A stretch of DNA of 64,000 bases from Candidatus Moranbacteria bacterium CG10_big_fil_rev_8_21_14_0_10_35_21 (GTDB taxonomy: Bacteria; Patescibacteriota; Minisyncoccia; Moranbacterales; UBA2206): assembly GCA_002773095.1 (NCBI GenBank), contig PFCG01000018.1, forward strand, positions 25,008-89,007, in the 5' to 3' direction. A model generated the notes under the pieces. The model had not been told where the DNA came from. It saw only the letters and a list, made by a program, of their open reading frames with translations, and made no database searches. Position 1 is the first letter of the stretch, and every line of letters begins with the position of its first letter. Shown one piece after another: positions 29,551 through 38,702 of this stretch. Position numbers and translations under genes: made by a program.

Positions 29551-31182
29551 ATGAAAAACCGAAAATACATTTTTGTAGTCGGGGGAGTTATGAGCGGAGT
29601 AGGGAAGGGTATTACCACATCTTCCATTGGCACTATTTTAAAAGCTCGGGGGTTTAAAGTAACCGCCTTAAAAATTGATCCATACATCAATGTTGACGCT
29701 GGCACTATGAATCCCACTGAGCATGGAGAAGTTTTTGTTTTGGATGATGGAGATGAAACCGATCAGGATATGGGAAATTATGAAAGATTTTTAAATGTTT
29801 CTTTGACCCGAGATAACTATATGACTACTGGTCGAGTCTATGAAACAGTTATTCATAATGAAAGAAATTTAAAATATGGAGGTAAATGTGTAGAAGTAGT
29901 TCCGCATATTCCATTAGAAGTTATTCACCGCATTAAAAAAGCTTCCGAAAAAGCTAAATCCGATGTCACTATTATAGAGATTGGTGGCACCGTGGGAGAA
30001 TATCAAAACATTCTTTTTTTGGAAGCGGCTCGTATGATGAAAATAAAACACCAGGAAGATACTCTTTTTGTAATGGTTAGTTATTTGCCAGTGCCCTCCA
30101 AAGTCGGTGAAATGAAAACTAAACCAACTCAATATGCCGTTCGCACCCTCAATGGAACAGGGATTCAACCAGACATAATTATCGCTCGCAGTGAAAATTT
30201 TATTGATCAAAAAAGAAAAGAAAAGATTGCGATGTTTTGCAATATCCCAGAAAAATATGTCATCTCGGCTCCAGACATTGATAGTATTTATGAAGTGCCG
30301 TTAAATTTTGAACACGATGAATTAAGCAAATTAATTCTAAAAAAACTCAATTTAAAATACAAAAAAAGCAATTTAAATGAGTGGGGAAAGTTTGTGGAAA
30401 ATTTCAAAAGTTCACGCACCGAAGTTAAAATTGGAATTGTAGGAAAATATTTTGGAACCGGGGATTTCATTTTGTCCGATGCCTATATCAGTGTAATTGA
30501 GGCCATTAAGCACGCTGCTTACAAAAATGGCTCTCGACCAAAAATAGATTGGATTAACAGTGAAACTTTTGAAAAAAATCCAGAAAAATTAGAAGATTTA
30601 AAAAGTTATGATGGGATAGTCATTCCGGGCGGTTTTGGCGGCCGAGGCATTGAAGGAAAAATTAAAACTATCCAGTTCATTCGGGAAAATAAAATACCTT
30701 TCTTGGGCTTATGCTACGGTATGCAACTAGCTGTTATTGAATTTGCTAGAAATGTTTTAAATTTAAAAGATGCTCATACGACTGAAGTAGAAAGAGAAAC
30801 AAAAAATCCAGTTATTGATATCATGCCAGAACAAAAGAAAAATTTAGAGGATCAAAATTTTGGTTCCACTATGCGCTTAGGAGCTTACCCAGCTATTCTT
30901 ACTAAAGGAACCTTGGCCTTCCGAGCTTATGGAAAAAATAGAATTTCCGAAAGACATCGCCATCGCTGGGAAGTTAATCCGGAATACATCAAGAAATTAG
31001 AAAAAGGCGGAATAATTTTTTCTGGAAAATCTCCTAATCGAAAACTAATGGAGATAATAGAGCTACCTACCGAAACTCATCCTTTTTTTCTAGCCACTCA
31101 ATTTCATCCTGAATTTAAATCCCGTCCTATAAACGCTCATCCGCTTTTTGTTGAATTTATTCGAGCTAGTTTGCAAAAATAA
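29551..31182 (+). CDS. pyrG: CTP synthase
   Basis: KYIFVVGGVMSGVGKGITTSSIG, IDPYINVDAGTMNP and the glutaminase motif GLCYGMQLAVIEFARNVL. Confidence 0.95.
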   Translation: MKNRKYIFVVGGVMSGVGKGITTSSIGTILKARGFKVTALKIDPYINVDAGTMNPTEHGEVFVLDDGDETDQDMGNYERFLNVSLTRDNYMTTGRVYETVIHNERNLKYGGKCVEVVPHIPLEVIHRIKKASEKAKSDVTIIEIGGTVGEYQNILFLEAARMMKIKHQEDTLFVMVSYLPVPSKVGEMKTKPTQYAVRTLNGTGIQPDIIIARSENFIDQKRKEKIAMFCNIPEKYVISAPDIDSIYEVPLNFEHDELSKLILKKLNLKYKKSNLNEWGKFVENFKSSRTEVKIGIVGKYFGTGDFILSDAYISVIEAIKHAAYKNGSRPKIDWINSETFEKNPEKLEDLKSYDGIVIPGGFGGRGIEGKIKTIQFIRENKIPFLGLCYGMQLAVIEFARNVLNLKDAHTTEVERETKNPVIDIMPEQKKNLEDQNFGSTMRLGAYPAILTKGTLAFRAYGKNRISERHRHRWEVNPEYIKKLEKGGIIFSGKSPNRKLMEIIELPTETHPFFLATQFHPEFKSRPINAHPLFVEFIRASLQK

Positions 31183-31215
31183 AAAACCCCCTGACGTTCA
31201 GTCGGGGGATTTTTT
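31183..31215. terminator. Bidirectional intrinsic terminator shared by the convergent genes pyrG and rpmA
   Basis: aaaaaaccccctgacgttcagtcgggggatttttt is a GC stem with an A-tract and a T-tract on its two sides. Confidence 0.6.
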
Positions 31216-31230
31216 ATATCTTTTGAAAAA

Positions 31231-31512
31231 TTATTTAGTAGTCTCTACACTCACAAATCTGCGAGCCACTAACTTTCCAGTAAAACTTCTGACTTTCTTT
31301 AAACTAAATTTTACCAATCCTTCTTTTAAAGCAAAAAGAGTGTCGTCTTCTCCGCGCTTAACATTTTTTCCGGGATGATATTTTGTTCCTCTTTGGCGAA
31401 TAATAATTTGACCAGCCTTAACCGCCTGGTTACCAAAGATTTTTACCCCTAATCGCTTAGAAATAGAATCACGTCCTAATTGAGTTGATCCACCTGCTTT
31501 TCTATGAGCCAT
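31231..31512 (-). CDS. rpmA: Ribosomal protein L27
   Basis: [51 protein letters not shown]. Confidence 0.9.
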   Translation of the reverse strand: MAHRKAGGSTQLGRDSISKRLGVKIFGNQAVKAGQIIIRQRGTKYHPGKNVKRGEDDTLFALKEGLVKFSLKKVRSFTGKLVARRFVSVETTK

Positions 31513-31580
31513 AAAATTGAAAATTTATATTTTTTTATAACAGGATTTATTGTAGCAAATCGTGCTATAATGTCAACCAT

Positions 31581-31997
31581 ATGCTGGAAAAAATAAAAGT
31601 TTTTTGGAAGAAAATACAAGAGCAAGAAAAGCCGATTATTCTTGTAATTGCTTTTATTTTAGTTTCAGCCATTTCCTTTGAAATAGGCTTATTACAAGGC
31701 CAGAAATGGGATAGGAGCCCACTCATTATAGAGAAGTCCGCTGTAGCTCAAAATCAAGCCCAGAGGCCAGCCACTTCAGCCAGCGCTTCTGAAGCTCAAA
31801 AATCCGCCCCAGAAGCCCAAATCGCACCCACCAGCACTTCAGACTGCGCTTTCGTCGGTAGCAAAAATTCCGACAAATATCACCTGCCCACCTGCCGTTG
31901 GGCCAAACAAATTAAACCAGAAAATATTGTTTGTTTTAAATCAGGAGAAGACGCTTCCATAAAAGGCTATCAACCAGATAAAAATTGCATCAAATAA
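31581..31997 (+). CDS. Membrane-anchored hypothetical protein with a C-terminal Cys4 Zn-ribbon-like (Ada_Zn_binding-like) domain
   Basis: TM anchor, an Ala/Ser/Gln-rich linker, then CAFVGSKNSDKYHLPTCRWAKQIKPENIVCF...GYQPDKNC. Confidence 0.4.
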   Translation: MLEKIKVFWKKIQEQEKPIILVIAFILVSAISFEIGLLQGQKWDRSPLIIEKSAVAQNQAQRPATSASASEAQKSAPEAQIAPTSTSDCAFVGSKNSDKYHLPTCRWAKQIKPENIVCFKSGEDASIKGYQPDKNCIK

Positions 31998-32018
31998 TAA
32001 TTTTTAATTAAATAAAAA

Positions 32019-32722
32019 ATGACTAAAAAAACTACCATCATATCGCTCGGAGGATCGTTAATTGTTCCAGAAGAAATTGATTGGAAATTTATTGGAAATT
32101 TATCAAAAAATTTAAAAAGACCATTGAAAAATATATTCAAAAAAAACATAAATTTATTATTATCACCGGTGGGGGAAGGATAGCCAGAAAATATGCCGAA
32201 GCTGCTAAAAAAATATACAAAATAGATGACGAGGATAAGGATTGGCTGGGCATTCACGCTACTCGAATGAACGCTCATTTCATCCGGACTATTTTCAAGA
32301 AAGAGGCTCACCCGCGAATTAATAAAAACCCTAACGACTTGGAAGATTTCTATAATTTCAAAGAAAATATTTTAGTAGCTGCTGGTTGGCGTCCGGGCTT
32401 TTCCACAGATTATGATGCCGTTCTTCTGGCCAAATATCTGGGCATAAAAAATATAGTTAATTTTTCTAACGTCAACTACGTCTACACTAAAGATCCCAAG
32501 AAATTTCCAAAGGCTAAAAAAATAAAATCCATCACCTGGAAGGATTTTAGGAAAATTGTCGGTACCAAATGGAAGCCTGGAATGAATATGCCTTTCGACC
32601 CCATTGATTCAAAACTAGCCGAAGAAGAGGATATCACCGTGGCGATTATGAATGGAAAAAATATGAATAATTTAGAAAATTATTTAGATGACAAGACTTT
32701 CAAGGGGACAATTATAAGCTAA
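32019..32722 (+). pseudogene. pyrH: UMP kinase-like (amino-acid-kinase family, archaeal-type PyrH-like) gene interrupted by an 11-bp tandem duplication
   Basis: N-terminus MTKKTTIISLGGSLIVPEEIDWKFI (ATG at 32019). The remainder begins at a TTG at 32081 in another frame (...FIIITGGGRIARKY...AGWRPGFSTDYDAVLLAKYLG). ttggaaattta is present twice in tandem at 32081..32102. Removing one copy restores a single 230-aa ORF. Confidence 0.6.
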
Positions 32723-32731
32723 CAAAAAAAA

Positions 32732-33856
32732 TTATTTTTTCTTCACAATCAGCGCTTTGGATTCTTTATTAACTACTTTGGCCTTTTCCACTTCTTTTTT
32801 TTGCGCGAAAGGAAGCGAATCTAAAATATTTTTAAGAGCAACGCCATCCACTTTTAAAACTTCTTCCCACTTATCCAAGGGCTCCAAAATTTCTCGGAGT
32901 TTTTTTTCGTCGTATTTATAGGTTTTTCTTAATGACCGAGCAATCACGCCTTTTTTTCCAAAAACCCTTTCTACCCCTTCTTGATCCATATATTGCATAA
33001 TGGCTTCCTGTAATTGCTTCAATCGGTCTTTGGTAATGGTAACCGCCGATCTAAGTTCTACGAATTCTTGAATGGCCTGATTAATTTCTTCCGTATCAAT
33101 ATGGCGCAATTCTTTGAATTTATGCTTCCACATCGGACAAAGATTTTGATAACCACACCAATCACAAAGAGGAGAGATGCTTGGTTCAAATTTTCCGGTT
33201 TCAATAATTTTTATCGTATCTAAAAATAATTGTTCGCTTTTATCCAGTTGCTCTTTGGTGCGTTTGGCAGAAAGTTTTACACCATGTTTTAAAAAATATA
33301 AACTTACGGTTATTTTGTCTAAATTATTTATTTCCTTGGGATAGCGCGAAAGAAAAGCCCTCAAATAAACCGACAACTGCAAATCATTATCCACCTTGTC
33401 TTGAGTAGGCATTTTTTTGGTAGTTTTGTAATCTATAATTTCATATCCTTCTTCGGTCTTATCAATCCGGTCAATAATGCCAGAAATAGTATGCGAATCT
33501 CCTTCCGGACCGATTTCAAACTGAAAGCGCGACTCCAAATCAACAATGTTGAAATCAGTTGGATTATTTTTCTTATAATATTCCTGAATTATTTTTATCC
33601 CTTGAGAAAAAGCACCTCGTTCTTCATCTGGATTTTCAAAAACCGCCGGATTCCAAGCATTGGCAAAATGTTCCATAGCTTGATCCAGAGTAGGGGAGAG
33701 GATGCTGGGAGTTTGAATAAATTTCATAGTATCGTGAATGACCGAACCAAAAACCGCCTCCTTAGATTTAGGAGTTTTGATTCTATCAATTACTTGAAAT
33801 TTATATTTCAGTGGACAGATTAAATAAGTGTCCAATGATGAATATGAAATACGCAT
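32732..33856 (-). CDS. PD-(D/E)XK nuclease superfamily protein (Cas4/RecB-like fold with C-terminal Fe-S Cys cluster)
   Basis: MRISYSSLDTYLICPLKYKF (N-terminal Cys), the catalytic core DRIDKTEEGYEIIDYKTTKK, and C-terminal CDWCGYQNLCPMWKH. Confidence 0.65.
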   Translation of the reverse strand: MRISYSSLDTYLICPLKYKFQVIDRIKTPKSKEAVFGSVIHDTMKFIQTPSILSPTLDQAMEHFANAWNPAVFENPDEERGAFSQGIKIIQEYYKKNNPTDFNIVDLESRFQFEIGPEGDSHTISGIIDRIDKTEEGYEIIDYKTTKKMPTQDKVDNDLQLSVYLRAFLSRYPKEINNLDKITVSLYFLKHGVKLSAKRTKEQLDKSEQLFLDTIKIIETGKFEPSISPLCDWCGYQNLCPMWKHKFKELRHIDTEEINQAIQEFVELRSAVTITKDRLKQLQEAIMQYMDQEGVERVFGKKGVIARSLRKTYKYDEKKLREILEPLDKWEEVLKVDGVALKNILDSLPFAQKKEVEKAKVVNKESKALIVKKK

Positions 33857-33978
33857 AGCTTAATCTTAGCAAATTTATAGAAAGAAACAAAATTATTCGC
33901 ACTTGACATGATTTCCATAATTTTCTATAATTCTAATGCATACTAAATTAGTATGAATAACAATTAAAATAATAAGTT

Positions 33979-34521
33979 ATGTCAAAACCTTCCCAAGTCC
34001 TAATGGATGAGCATGTTTATATTCTTAAAGTCATAGGGGCATTGAATCATGAGTGTCATGCTCTTTCTGCTAAAAAGCCTCTCAATAAAAAATTCTTTTC
34101 CGATTCCATTGATTTCATTCGTAATTTCGCAGATAAATTTCATCACGCTAAGGAAGAAAAAATTTTTTTCGTAGAATTTTATAATAATGCGCACAAGGCT
34201 CATTGTAATCCGGTGGATCAGATGTTAGTGGAGCATGATATGGGGAGGGGATACGTGAAAGGGTTAGCGGAAGCATTGGAAGCGGAAAACATGAGAGAGA
34301 TTATAGATAACTCTTTGCTTTATGCTAATTTACTAAAAGAACATATTTTTAAAGAAGATAGTATCCTTTACCCTATGGCAGACGAACTTTTTGATCAAAA
34401 AACACAGGATGAAATAGCAGAGAAATTTTCTAAGGTTGAGAAGGAGGAATTTGGAGAGGAATTTATAAATAAATACCTGGCTTTTGCTGAGGAAGCAGAA
34501 AAAAGAAAAAATAAAAATTAA
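33979..34521 (+). CDS. Hemerythrin-like (HHE cation-binding) domain protein
   Basis: Spaced His/Glu ligand pattern: HHAKEE, VEHDMGRGY and EHIFKEDSILYP. Confidence 0.6.
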   Translation: MSKPSQVLMDEHVYILKVIGALNHECHALSAKKPLNKKFFSDSIDFIRNFADKFHHAKEEKIFFVEFYNNAHKAHCNPVDQMLVEHDMGRGYVKGLAEALEAENMREIIDNSLLYANLLKEHIFKEDSILYPMADELFDQKTQDEIAEKFSKVEKEEFGEEFINKYLAFAEEAEKRKNKN

Positions 34522-34532
34522 TCAACAAAAAT

Positions 34533-34835
34533 ATGCATCAAGAACTCAAAAAATTAATAGAATATCCCTCCAGCGGAATCCTAAGTAAGGAAATCGATAA
34601 GAACGAAAAAGTAGAAATTTCCCTATTTTGTATGGCTAAGGGAACGGACCTTTCAGAACACACCTCTACTCGCGAAGGGCTTGTGGTAGTGTTGGATGGT
34701 GAAGGAGAATTTATTTTGGAAGGAAAAAATATTAAAATGACACCGGGAGTACTTATTCATATGCAGGCTAATGCTGTTCATTCCCTTAAGGCTCAAGAAA
34801 AAAATACAGCTTTTTTGCTTATATTATTCAACTAA
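34533..34835 (+). CDS. Cupin-domain protein
   Basis: GEGEFILEGKNIKMTPGVLIHMQANAVHSLKA is a cupin_2 beta-barrel signature. Confidence 0.6.
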   Translation: MHQELKKLIEYPSSGILSKEIDKNEKVEISLFCMAKGTDLSEHTSTREGLVVVLDGEGEFILEGKNIKMTPGVLIHMQANAVHSLKAQEKNTAFLLILFN

Positions 34836-34839
34836 AAAT

Positions 34840-35232
34840 ATGAAATTTTCTACCCGCGCTGAATATGGTTTAAAAGCGATGGCTAATTTGGCTGGATCTT
34901 TTCCGGAAAGAAAAAATTTAAAATCTATTTCGCTGGAAGAAAGACTTTCTATAAAATATCTGGAAGGATTAATTGGTAATCTTCGCCGACAAGGATTGGT
35001 CAAGAGTTTTAAGGGGAAAAAAGGTGGCTATGTTCTAAGTCGAGATCCCAAAAGTATTAGAGTAGGCGAGATAGTGGAAATTTTGGAGGGTCCTATCGCG
35101 CCTATGAAATGCTATGATAAGTTTTGTGCCATGAAAAACAATTGTTCTTCCAGTTTGGTTTGGGATAAATTGGGTACTCAAATCCGAAAAACTTTATATG
35201 CTATTAAACTAAATGAAATTATTAAGAAATAA
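34840..35232 (+). CDS. iscR: Rrf2-family transcriptional regulator (IscR-like)
   Basis: MKFSTRAEYGLKAMANLA is an Rrf2 winged HTH, and the three-Cys cluster KCYDKFCAMKNNCSSS is present. The start was reset from the ORF-track 34771 to the ATG at 34840. Confidence 0.8.
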   Translation: MKFSTRAEYGLKAMANLAGSFPERKNLKSISLEERLSIKYLEGLIGNLRRQGLVKSFKGKKGGYVLSRDPKSIRVGEIVEILEGPIAPMKCYDKFCAMKNNCSSSLVWDKLGTQIRKTLYAIKLNEIIKK

Positions 35233-35234
35233 TT

Positions 35235-36485
35235 ATGCCTAAGAAAAAAATATATTTAGATTACGCAGCCACTACCCCAGTATCCAAAGAAGTGTTGAAA
35301 GAAATGCTACCGTTTTTTTCTGAAAAATTCGGTAATGCGATGTCAGTTCATTCTTTCGGACAAGAAGCTTTGGAAGCAGTGGATTTGGCTCGCGAACGAG
35401 TAGCTAATTTTTTTGGCGCTCAAATAGGAGAGATTATCTTTGCTAGCGGAGCCACAGAGGCTAATAATTTAGCTATTAAGGGCTTAATAAAGTCTTATTA
35501 TGCCGATCCAAAGAATAAAATTAAACCTCATATTATTACCACAATTTTTGAACATCATTGTGTTCTAAATGCTTGCAAAGCAGTAGAAAAAGAAAATTTA
35601 GCTGAAATAACTTATCTGCCAATCGGAAAAGACGGAATAATCAATCCAACGCAATTGAAGAAGGCTATTAAGAAAAATACTATTTTGATTTCCGTAATGT
35701 ATGTCAATAATGAAATTGGCACAGTTCAACCAATTGAAACTATTGGAAAAATTATTCAAAAAATTCGCCAGTCCAAAACGGAAGGAAAAACTTTATACCC
35801 GCTATTCCACACCGATGCCGCTCAAGCGATAAATTATTTTGATTGTGATGTTAAAAAATTGGGAGTAGATTTACTTTCAATGTCAGCTCATAAAATTTAC
35901 GGACCCAAAGGCGTAGGAGTTTTATATATAAAGAAAGGCACTCCTATCAAACATATTCAGGATGGCGGAGATCAGGAATTTAAAATGCGCGCTGGAACAC
36001 ATAATGTGCCGGGTATCGTTGGGTTAGGAAAAGCGATTGAATTAATAAACTCGCAACTTGCAACCTTGCCTACCGGCAGGCAGGCTCGCAACTCGCAACG
36101 AATTTTAAAGTTAAGAAATTATTTAATTAAAAAAGTTTTAAAAGAAATTTCCAAAGCATATCTTAATGGATCTAAAATAAAAAGATCTCCCAACAACGCC
36201 AGCTTCCGATTTGATAATGTGGAAGGGGAGGGACTTTTACTTTCTTTGGACATTGAAGGTATCGCGGTGTCTACTGGATCGGCTTGTTCATCTGGAGCCC
36301 TGGAACCATCGCACGTTCTTTTGGCGCTTGGATTAAAACATGAACAAGCCCATGGTAGTCTACGCGTTACGCTCGGAAAAGAAACCACCAAAAAAGAAAT
36401 AGATTTTTTTATAAAAAAATTAAAAGAAATCATTCAGCGTTTGCGAAAAATTTCTGGGGGAGTTTTAAAGGATTTTAATTCATAA
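35235..36485 (+). CDS. iscS: Cysteine desulfurase (class I, NifS/IscS)
   Basis: IYLDYAATTPV. PLP-lysine region SAHKIYGPKGVGVLY. Active-site loop STGSACSSG. Confidence 0.9.
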   Translation: MPKKKIYLDYAATTPVSKEVLKEMLPFFSEKFGNAMSVHSFGQEALEAVDLARERVANFFGAQIGEIIFASGATEANNLAIKGLIKSYYADPKNKIKPHIITTIFEHHCVLNACKAVEKENLAEITYLPIGKDGIINPTQLKKAIKKNTILISVMYVNNEIGTVQPIETIGKIIQKIRQSKTEGKTLYPLFHTDAAQAINYFDCDVKKLGVDLLSMSAHKIYGPKGVGVLYIKKGTPIKHIQDGGDQEFKMRAGTHNVPGIVGLGKAIELINSQLATLPTGRQARNSQRILKLRNYLIKKVLKEISKAYLNGSKIKRSPNNASFRFDNVEGEGLLLSLDIEGIAVSTGSACSSGALEPSHVLLALGLKHEQAHGSLRVTLGKETTKKEIDFFIKKLKEIIQRLRKISGGVLKDFNS

Positions 36486-36509
36486 TTTTATAAATTTTTA
36501 TATACATAT

Positions 36510-36905
36510 ATGCCATTAAAATATTCAAAAAAAGTTCTAGAACATTTTACTCGACCTCATAATCAAGGTTCTATGAAAAAAGCGGACGCAACAGTCACCG
36601 TAGGTAATCCTAAATGCGGAGATTTAATGCGTTTCTATCTTAAAGTTGGAATCAATACTAAAGGTCAAGAAATCATAAAAGACCTCAAATTTGAGACTCT
36701 AGGGTGTGGAGCGGCCATTGCAACCTCATCTATGGCTACGGAATTAGCTAAAGGCAAGACATTAGATGAAGCGATGAAAATTTCTAAAGATCAAATTGCT
36801 AAAGAACTGGGCGGATTACCGAAAGTTAAAATGCATTGCAGTATGCTGGCAGATGAGGGACTAAGGAGGGCTATAGAAGAGTATCGAAAAGCAAAAAATA
36901 AATAA
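36510..36905 (+). CDS. iscU: Fe-S cluster scaffold protein IscU/NifU-like
   Basis: GNPKCGDLMRF, LGCGAAIATSS and KMHCSMLAD, giving three Cys plus a His ligand. Confidence 0.9.
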   Translation: MPLKYSKKVLEHFTRPHNQGSMKKADATVTVGNPKCGDLMRFYLKVGINTKGQEIIKDLKFETLGCGAAIATSSMATELAKGKTLDEAMKISKDQIAKELGGLPKVKMHCSMLADEGLRRAIEEYRKAKNK

Positions 36906-37234
36906 ATTAAAAAACACTTCTTTTTTAAATTCAGCAGGCTAGAGTAGAGTGGCTAAAAATAGGTGTTTTCTCTTGTTTGATGATGTCGCACAATATATCT
37001 TTCGCGACAGCGTCCATAGAATAAGAAATTACATCTGGGATTAACTTAAACAACTTTTATATTATTATATTATATACCATCATCCCCTTTTATATTTCTA
37101 TTAAATAAAAAACTCTGCCATCAACAGACTCTGTTATATAATTTAAATTTATTTTTTCTTTTTACTTTTTTATTTTTAACTTTCTACTTTTAACTTTTAA
37201 CTTTCCTATATCCCTCCCCCACCGATAGTCCTCA

Positions 37235-37298
37235 TCCCGCACTAACTTTTGGAATAATTTCGAACCGCATAGCGGTTCATCCAAAAGTTAGTACGGGG
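37235..37298 (-). terminator. Nested double hairpin immediately 3' of the M23 peptidase gene (candidate terminator or structured RNA)
   Basis: Outer stem ACTAACTTTTGGA / TCCAAAAGTTAGT of 13 bp encloses an inner hairpin GAACCGC-ATA-GCGGTTC. It starts 4 nt after the peptidase stop codon. Confidence 0.4.
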
Positions 37299-38603
37299 TT
37301 ATTTCAAATACCATCTCGGATTAACCGGATATCCAATGGGAATATAAAGACCGCTCACATATTTTGATTTGGCTACTTCAAAACTTTTGGCTGAAAAAAC
37401 GGAAAAATGAACATGTGGTCCGGTAGAATTTCCGGTATTTCCGGAAAGGGCAATTTTTTCTCCACCTTTTACGCTCTCACCTTTAGAAACTAATTGCTTG
37501 CTCAAATGGCCATACAAAGTCACTAAGCCATCTCCATGGTCAATGGCTATCCATTTTCCATAAGCATAGCGACCATTATTTCCCGATCCAATAATTTTGC
37601 CTGTGCGAGCGGCAAAAACATTACTCCCACTGCTAATACCAAAATCTATTCCGTTATGGGGGTTGCCTCCATAGGCACCTTTTTTAGCGTAGGAAGTCAT
37701 GCCATATTTTTGAGTGACCCTCACTGAAGCTACTGGATAATCCAGATATCCGTCTTTGGCCGGAGGTAAATTGGCATAATTAATCGTTTTTCCAGATTCC
37801 AAATCATAAATTTCGTCTTCAATCTTGTCTAGAAGATCTTCATATTTTTTTCTTTCCGATATGGTTTGCCCCAACAACTCTTGCTTTTTATTTTCCGTAT
37901 ATTGTAATTCATTTTTTTTAACCGCTAAATTACTTTTTATTCTCTCGTGCTCTTTCTTTTTTTCATCCAATTTATTTTTTTGGTTTTCTAATTCAGCTTT
38001 ATCATTTTTTATGGTTCCCAAAATATCTTTTAATTTTAAGCTAGACTGCTCTACATAGTCAGGATCGCTAAGAATTTCGGAAAAATCTTCATTGGCTAAA
38101 ACTATGCCCAGAATCCCACTTTGATCATATTCATAATAAGCCTGCATCATAATAGATAAAAAGGCCTTGCTTTTGACAATTTCTTTTTCCTGGACCGATA
38201 TTTTTTCGGTTAAATCTTGAATTTGATCATCTAGATTAAGCACTGTCCTTTGGGCTATTGTAAGCTCCGTTTGATTTCTCGCTTGTTCCTGATCTAATAC
38301 TACTAATTGTTTGTCTAGAGTTTTTTTTTGATTTATTTTAAGATCAATAATGTCTTCATAAGTTTTCTTTATTTCTTGTTTTAAACATAATTTTTTTTCT
38401 TCTTCATTTAATTTATTGCATTTAGAACTAGCTAATAAAATCTTTTCGTTAGTTATAAATGTTAAAAACATCAACAAAAAAACCAACCAAATCTTTTTCG
38501 TTAATTTTTTTCCTATTTTTTTATTTTTTTTCACAATAAAATGAATTAACTGCTGATAATCTCCCTGTGTTTTATTTAAACTATAAATCGTTATTTTTGT
38601 CAT
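37299..38603 (-). CDS. M23-family metallopeptidase (LytM/murein DD-endopeptidase-like) with an N-terminal signal anchor and a long coiled coil
   Basis: HNGIDFGISSGSNVFAARTGKII...WIAIDHGDGLVTLYGHLS, which carries the HxxxD and HxH motifs. The start was placed at MTKITIY (38603) rather than 38660. Confidence 0.8.
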   Translation of the reverse strand: MTKITIYSLNKTQGDYQQLIHFIVKKNKKIGKKLTKKIWLVFLLMFLTFITNEKILLASSKCNKLNEEEKKLCLKQEIKKTYEDIIDLKINQKKTLDKQLVVLDQEQARNQTELTIAQRTVLNLDDQIQDLTEKISVQEKEIVKSKAFLSIMMQAYYEYDQSGILGIVLANEDFSEILSDPDYVEQSSLKLKDILGTIKNDKAELENQKNKLDEKKKEHERIKSNLAVKKNELQYTENKKQELLGQTISERKKYEDLLDKIEDEIYDLESGKTINYANLPPAKDGYLDYPVASVRVTQKYGMTSYAKKGAYGGNPHNGIDFGISSGSNVFAARTGKIIGSGNNGRYAYGKWIAIDHGDGLVTLYGHLSKQLVSKGESVKGGEKIALSGNTGNSTGPHVHFSVFSAKSFEVAKSKYVSGLYIPIGYPVNPRWYLK

Positions 38604-38702
38604 CCCGAACTTGTTTCGGGATCTCAGATTATTTTCAGAATTGCCTAGATACTGAAACAAGTTCAGTATGAGACAATCTTCATTTAATTATAACACTACG
38701 AA

